From the NCBI RefSeq assembly GCF_034006335.1, contig NZ_JAWDIQ010000001.1: 64,000 nucleotides of DNA; one strand, given 5' to 3'. A program made the translations under genes and the position numbers. This DNA is from Paracerasibacillus soli (GTDB lineage: Bacteria > Bacillota > Bacilli > Bacillales > Amphibacillaceae). Shown one piece after another: positions 59,063 to 64,000 of the stretch (its first letter is position 1; the number at the start of each line of letters is the position of its first letter). The notes below the pieces were generated by a model. The model did no database searches. It saw nothing but the letters and a program-made list of their open reading frames with translations, and was not told the origin of the DNA.

Positions 59063-59269
59063 TTAGAAACCTTTGTATTGTGGTTCTTCTTGTTCTATTT
59101 CCTTAACACGAGGTTCTACAAGATCCAACACCCTTTGTGTTTGCTCAGCGGCGTCGGTGAACATTTGTTTAGCTTGTTTATTTTCAGTTTGAATAGCAAA
59201 TGTTTCTAAGCTTGCTTGGGCACTTTTTAATCCGGCTACAGTTTGTTTTAATTGCGTTCCTACTGTCAT
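59063..59269 (-). CDS. DUF1657 family small protein, first gene of spoVA2-type operon
   Basis: 68 aa; MTVGTQLKQTVAGLKSAQASLETFA... Confidence 0.65.
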   Translation of the reverse strand: MTVGTQLKQTVAGLKSAQASLETFAIQTENKQAKQMFTDAAEQTQRVLDLVEPRVKEIEQEEPQYKGF

Positions 59270-59423
59270 GAAATGTCCTCCTTGTGAAGTACTTCAATAT
59301 TATCGTTCATTTTTTATCATCTATTTATGCGTACCATTTCCTGGTTTGAAAAAGTAAAAACAGCACTATGTAAAGCTTGTGCTGTTTGAGAGAATTTATT
59401 CTTTATATGGAAGAGTAGGACGG

Positions 59424-60170
59424 CTACTCTTTTTTAAAACTTATGGTTACATGTATAAATGGTTCAGAGGAAGTAGTGGTGGATTCATCCGTTTTATTCG
59501 GTGGACCATCTTTTATTGTAACCGATATTTGTTCGTCATTAATCCACTCAACTGTCGGTATAACCCATTTGTACGGTGTTAACGATAAATCATTTGTTTC
59601 ATTTTGTAGTGGTAATCGTTCCCAATTCATGAGATCAACGACGACAATATTATTTGTTATTTGCGTTTTTACTTCACGAGAGAAAGTCAAAAGTACTTTG
59701 GAACCTTTAGGAGAAAGTTGTACATTTTCCCACGTTGCAAGATCAGCTATGAGAAATGCATGGTTTTTTTGATTTTGATTGAGCAATAAATATGAGCAGG
59801 CTGATTGGTAACAAGAAAATTCCAGTAAGTACACCGGTTCAGAGAATGTTTCGTCTTCACTATCTACTGAGTCCTTATTTTCCTGGAATAAAGGATAGAT
59901 GGACATTCGTTCTATTTCTTTATTTCGGTCTTTGGAACCCATTAGATATTGTTGTAAAATTGGCACGGCAGTTAAATTTACTCGAATAACCTCATCTTCT
60001 AGGACAAACTCAATAAATTCTTCTAATTCATCATCTTGCTCGGTTTCAACAAGTGTGGGTTTGTCTTCTGTTATATTTCTTGCTTGATCCACTTTTTGTA
60101 AAGCTGGTTTGCTATTTGTACAAGCGACAAGAAGCAGCAAAGTAAATATCAAACTTATACGTTTAAACAA
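59424..60170 (-). CDS. hypothetical lipoprotein
   Basis: Lipobox LLLVACTNS. Acidic linker. Confidence 0.45.
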   Translation of the reverse strand: MFKRISLIFTLLLLVACTNSKPALQKVDQARNITEDKPTLVETEQDDELEEFIEFVLEDEVIRVNLTAVPILQQYLMGSKDRNKEIERMSIYPLFQENKDSVDSEDETFSEPVYLLEFSCYQSACSYLLLNQNQKNHAFLIADLATWENVQLSPKGSKVLLTFSREVKTQITNNIVVVDLMNWERLPLQNETNDLSLTPYKWVIPTVEWINDEQISVTIKDGPPNKTDESTTTSSEPFIHVTISFKKE

Positions 60171-60491
60171 TTACGATTTCCCCCGTTCATCTATCATTTC
60201 TTATACATTATATATCACTTTAAAAGATTTTAGATAAATACACAAATTCATGAGATCGTTCATTGTGCATATTATGATAATATATGAATGATTATCATTG
60301 TATTATTTGGTCAGAAATTGAAGTTTTAATTTATATGTTATGCACATTAGTTAAAGTTAAAATTCCAATTAATTAATAAATTTGGTAAACTGGATGATAA
60401 CTACTACCGGAGAGGAGATGTCAAATAGAAACTTACTCTTAGAGGGAGAAAGATGTAGTTGGAAGGGGTAGACCATTGGTGAAAATTCGCA

Positions 60492-61738
60492 ATGAAATCA
60501 GTTGAAGAGGCCATACAGGTCGTGATGGATCATCAACAATTAGGTTCGTTAGAAAAAATATCAATAACCGAATGTGATGGTAGAAGATTAGGTACGTCAA
60601 TTATTGCAACAAATCATATTCCTTCTTTTGATAAATCACCATATGATGGTTTTGCTTTTCGTGCAACTGATACATACAATGCCACAAAACATAATCCAGT
60701 TGAATTTGAGGTTATAGATCATATTGGTGCTGGAGATATACCAAATAAGCAACTGAAGAAAAATGAAGCGATTCGAATTATGACGGGCGGAAATTCCTGA
60801 CGGGGCGAACTGTGTTGCCATGTTTGAGGTGTGTCATACGTATATACGTAACGATAGAGAATATGTTCAAATAACAAGACCTTTAAAAAATGGTGAAAAT
60901 ATTATAAAAGAAGGCTCAGAAGTAAAAAAAAGGTGAGGTTTTAGTAAAGAAAGGTACCGTGATTAATCCGGGTGTGCAAGCGCTCTTGGCAACTTTTGGT
61001 TATCAACAAGTAAAGGTAACGAAAAAACCAGTCGTTGGTTTATTTGCAACTGGTACGGAATTATTAGAGGTTCATGAACCGTTAGAAAGAGGTAAAATTC
61101 GTAATTCAAATGCGTACATGATAGCTGCCCAAATTAATCGTGCTGGAGGGGAATGCATTTATTATGGACAACTGCCTGATAATGTAGAATTAAGTTATAA
61201 TAAAATAAAGAAAATACTCCGTGATGTTGATTTATTCGTTACAACTGGTGGTGTGTCAGTTGGTGATTTTGACTTCATGCCAGTCATTTATGAGCGATTA
61301 CATGCACATGTTTTATTCAATAAAGTAGCAATGCGTCCCGGAAGTGTCACGACCGTGGCCATGAAAGATGGTAAATTATTATTTGGATTGTCAGGCAATC
61401 CATCTGCATGTTATGTAGGATTTGAATTATTTGTCCGACCGATAATACATTCATTTTTACATAGCCCAACACCTTATCTCACTCGTATAAAAGCTATTAT
61501 GCGTGAAGATTTTATAAAAAATAACCCCGTGACAAGATTTGTCCGAAGTTATCTAACTTATGAAAAAGAAAAAGTTTTCGTTGTACCTGCGGGAATGGAT
61601 AAATCGAATGTTGTATCATCGTTAGCACATACGGATTGTTTCATGATTCTTCCAGCTGGAACGAGTAACTTGTTAGCTGGTGAAACAGTTGATGTACTGT
61701 TGTTGGAAAATAAAGAAGGGCAATTAAGTTTTGATTAA
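60492..61738 (+). pseudogene. moeA: molybdopterin molybdenumtransferase MoeA, at least 2 frameshifts
   Basis: MoeA N-terminal domain, MoCF_biosynth domain GGVSVGDFD, and C-terminal domain. Confidence 0.7.
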
Positions 61739-61747
61739 AAAGAGGGA

Positions 61748-62781
61748 GTGGATTCGTTGACTGAGCAAATTACACCAATTAAGGATCACTTTGGCCGCTT
61801 GTTGAAGGACTTGCGTATTTCTGTTATAGATAAATGTAATCTAAGATGCACATATTGTATGCCTAAGGAGATCTTTGGTAATGATTACCCTTTTTTAAAA
61901 GGGGAAGCGTTACTCGGGTTTGATGAAATCGAACGAGTAGTACGCCAGTTTGCATTGTTAGGGATAGAAAAGGTCAGGATTACCGGTGGGGAGCCATTAT
62001 TAAGAAAAACCTGCCTGATTTAATAAAAAGACTTTATCAAATTACTGGAATCAAAGATATCGCGCTAACAACAAATGGTATCTTATTACCAAAACAGGCC
62101 CAACTTTTAAAGGATGCCGGTTTGGAAAGAGTTAACATTAGTTTAGATGGCATAGAAGATGAAGTTTTTAAAGCTATAAATGGTCGGGGTGTTGGTACTT
62201 TACCGGTATTAAAGGGGATTGAGGCTGCGAAGAAAGCTGGTCTTACTATTAAGATAAATATGGTAGTAAAAAAGGGAATGAATGAAAATCAAATACTACC
62301 TATGGCTAGATTTTTTAAAGATAAAAATATTATTTTAAGATTTATTGAATTTATGGATGTAGGAAATCATAATGGTTGGGATATGAAACATGTCATTTCA
62401 AAACAAGATATTATACAGCTCATTGATAAAGAAATGCCGCTTGAGTCTATCGATCAAAACTACTATGGTGAGGTAGCTTCACGATATCGTTATCAAGATG
62501 GAATCGGTGAGATTGGAGTGATTTCATCCGTTACAGATTCTTTCTGTAGTTCGTGTACGAGAATGAGAATATCAGCTGATGGTATATTATATACATGTTT
62601 ATTTGCAACTGGAGGATATGAGATTAAAAATAAATTAAGAAGTGGCTTAACTGATGAACAATTGAAAACAGAACTTATCCAATTATGGCGTACGCGGAAA
62701 GATCGTTATTCAGATTTAAGACTTAAGAAGACAAAAAGTGAAAACCGGAAGAAGATTGAAATGTCTTATATTGGTGGATAA
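61748..62781 (+). pseudogene. moaA: GTP 3',8-cyclase MoaA (radical SAM), frameshift near 62020 (A-run)
   Basis: [10 protein letters not shown] radical-SAM cluster motif. C-terminal CSSCTRMR second cluster. Confidence 0.8.
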
Positions 62782-62810
62782 TTTTAACGGTTAGTCAGGA
62801 GCGGTGAATA

Positions 62811-63221
62811 ATGAAGACCTTTAAATTAAAATCACTCGTTGTGAAGCAGGCAATTGATGAAGAATTAGTATATGATAAAATACAGCTCATGGATGGACTT
62901 ATTATTAATCGAGAAGATGAAAAAAACCGATGGGTAATTGAAGCGTTTATTGATAAAAAATATCGTGATTTATTTGAACGGTTACAACGGGAACGTGAGG
63001 AAATTATGCTGGAAGCTAAGATTACGAAAGATACAAACGAACCAGCAACATTTATTACAGAAATTAATAGTATTAATGATATAGGTAACCATATAAACAT
63101 TATCTTTATTGGTACAATTATAGATGTAAGGAAGAGTAAGATTGAGGCATTACTTAGCCAGTTAATTGATGAAGGGTACCAAGGGGAAGTGTTATTGAAT
63201 AAATTTAAAGAACTTATTTAA
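62811..63221 (+). CDS. YwpF-like protein (136 aa)
   Basis: Same size as the B. subtilis YwpF family. Confidence 0.35.
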   Translation: MKTFKLKSLVVKQAIDEELVYDKIQLMDGLIINREDEKNRWVIEAFIDKKYRDLFERLQREREEIMLEAKITKDTNEPATFITEINSINDIGNHINIIFIGTIIDVRKSKIEALLSQLIDEGYQGEVLLNKFKELI

Positions 63222-63566
63222 TATATTTAGCTATCAACGGTTAAAGAGTTGATAGTTTTCTTTTTTGTAAATAAGCATGTAAAATTGTAATTTTCGTTAA
63301 AGATATTTCTAATACGTGAAATTATAAAAAATGAGGTAATTGAATCCACGTACTGTTATAATATGATTAGTTTTATGTTTTAATTTATCGTAGGATAACA
63401 AGCTGTAAAGTCTCCAATTCAAGCCGGTTTAAAGAATGATAAGAGGGGATAACAGCCAGTAAGCTCGACTTGTTCCATTAACAATCAGTGGGAGAAATGT
63501 GAAATTCCCCACTGTATAGAGGTTTCACATTTTATAGTTGATATATATTATATAGGGAGTTTTACT

Positions 63567-64000
63567 ATGTTTCGATCAAATAATAAAATACTTTTATGGT
63601 TAAATAAATTGTCCCCAGTTCAAATGATTTTGTTCTTCTATTTTATTGCAGTTATTTTCTCAACTGTATTGTTATCTTTACCTATTGCATATCAGGATGG
63701 CGTGGAAATTGCATTTATTGATGTACTATTTGTAGCAGTTAGTGCCTTAAGTGTTACCGGTCTAACGCCAGTGTCAATTGTGGATACATTTAGTACAACG
63801 GGATATATGTTTATTGTATTCATTTTACAATTAGGTGCTGTTGGTATCATGGCAATTGGTACCTTTATTTGGATTATGCTAGGTAAAAAAATTGGCTTAA
63901 GAGAACGTAGATTAATTATGACAGATCAAAACCAACTTAAATTTGAAGGTATGGTAAGACTTGTAAAAGAAATGATATATGTACTGTTTGCCATTGAGTT
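63567..64000 (+). CDS. Ktr/Trk-type potassium uptake membrane subunit (KtrB/KtrD-like), 3'-truncated by window end
   Basis: TrkH-family N-terminus VAVSALSVTGL. About 200-nt structured leader after a TATAAT at 63355. Confidence 0.55.
   Translation, partial: MFRSNNKILLWLNKLSPVQMILFFYFIAVIFSTVLLSLPIAYQDGVEIAFIDVLFVAVSALSVTGLTPVSIVDTFSTTGYMFIVFILQLGAVGIMAIGTFIWIMLGKKIGLRERRLIMTDQNQLKFEGMVRLVKEMIYVLFAIE

Noticed and set aside
63280-63566. c-di-AMP (ydaO-type) riboswitch upstream of ktrB-like gene
   Set aside because: The conserved ACGGGGA / CGGGGAGUAG / GGGUGAAUCC elements are absent. Only a generic hairpin and a direct repeat were found, which are reported as a low-confidence finding instead.
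1-64000. CRISPR arrays, rRNA, tRNA
   Set aside because: No regularly spaced direct repeats, no rRNA-like conserved blocks, and no tRNA cloverleaf candidates were recognised in the intergenic regions.
1-64000. Interpreting the many split genes as genuine pseudogenes of a decaying genome
   Set aside because: The breaks are almost all single-base indels in homopolymers. They affect essential genes, and no nonsense substitutions or deletions are seen. A sequencing artefact is the more parsimonious explanation, but this cannot be proven from the sequence alone.

Overview
This 64 kb window is AT-rich Firmicute chromosome with Bacillus cereus-group character. The signs are sporulation and germination genes (a gerA-family receptor operon, a spoVA2-type operon, YjcZ-like spore peptides), a B. 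cereus-type repeat element, and B. subtilis-like gene pairs (yuaF-floT, yhgD-yhgE, ssuACB, moeA-moaA). About 55 protein genes are present on both strands. Most are housekeeping or accessory functions: helD, prfC, gpmA, the UPF0182 membrane protein, MFS and ABC transporters, ndh, acs, an MCP, PBP4, and a ktrB-like gene cut by the window end.

The most striking property is that roughly half of the genes longer than about 0.6 kb are split into 2-4 ORFs by single-base frame changes. Nearly all of these sit at homopolymer runs (A/T runs of 5-9 or G runs of 3-5), including in the normally essential or conserved prfC, moaA/moeA and spoVAD. This points to homopolymer indel errors in the assembly rather than genome decay. 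Those loci are reported as pseudogenes spanning the reconstructed full-length gene, with that caveat.

The main features are:
- a complete 7-gene spoVA2-type operon (DUF1657 - YhcN/YlaJ - SpoVAC - SpoVAD - SpoVAEb - DUF1657 - DUF421), the module linked to elevated spore heat resistance;
- an IS200/IS605 insertion carrying a Y1 transposase TnpA and the RNA-guided nuclease TnpB, with a structured right end;
- a tandem array of three YjcZ-like glycine-rich mini-proteins;
- a MarR repressor whose perfect 16-bp palindromic operator overlaps its own sigma-A promoter and recurs as a half-site in the promoter of the adjacent WrbA-type quinone reductase;
- a TPP riboswitch ahead of thiT;
- a PyrR-type binding loop and terminator ahead of a uracil permease;
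- two copies of a roughly 120-bp palindromic bcr/MITE-like repeat.

No rRNA, tRNA or CRISPR was found.

Nothing was found that clearly looks like a novel multi-gene defence or secretion system. The candidates most worth a second look are the TnpB/omega-RNA element, the spoVA2 cluster and its neighbourhood, the TPR (RNPP-like) regulator next to VanW, and several structured intergenic RNAs.
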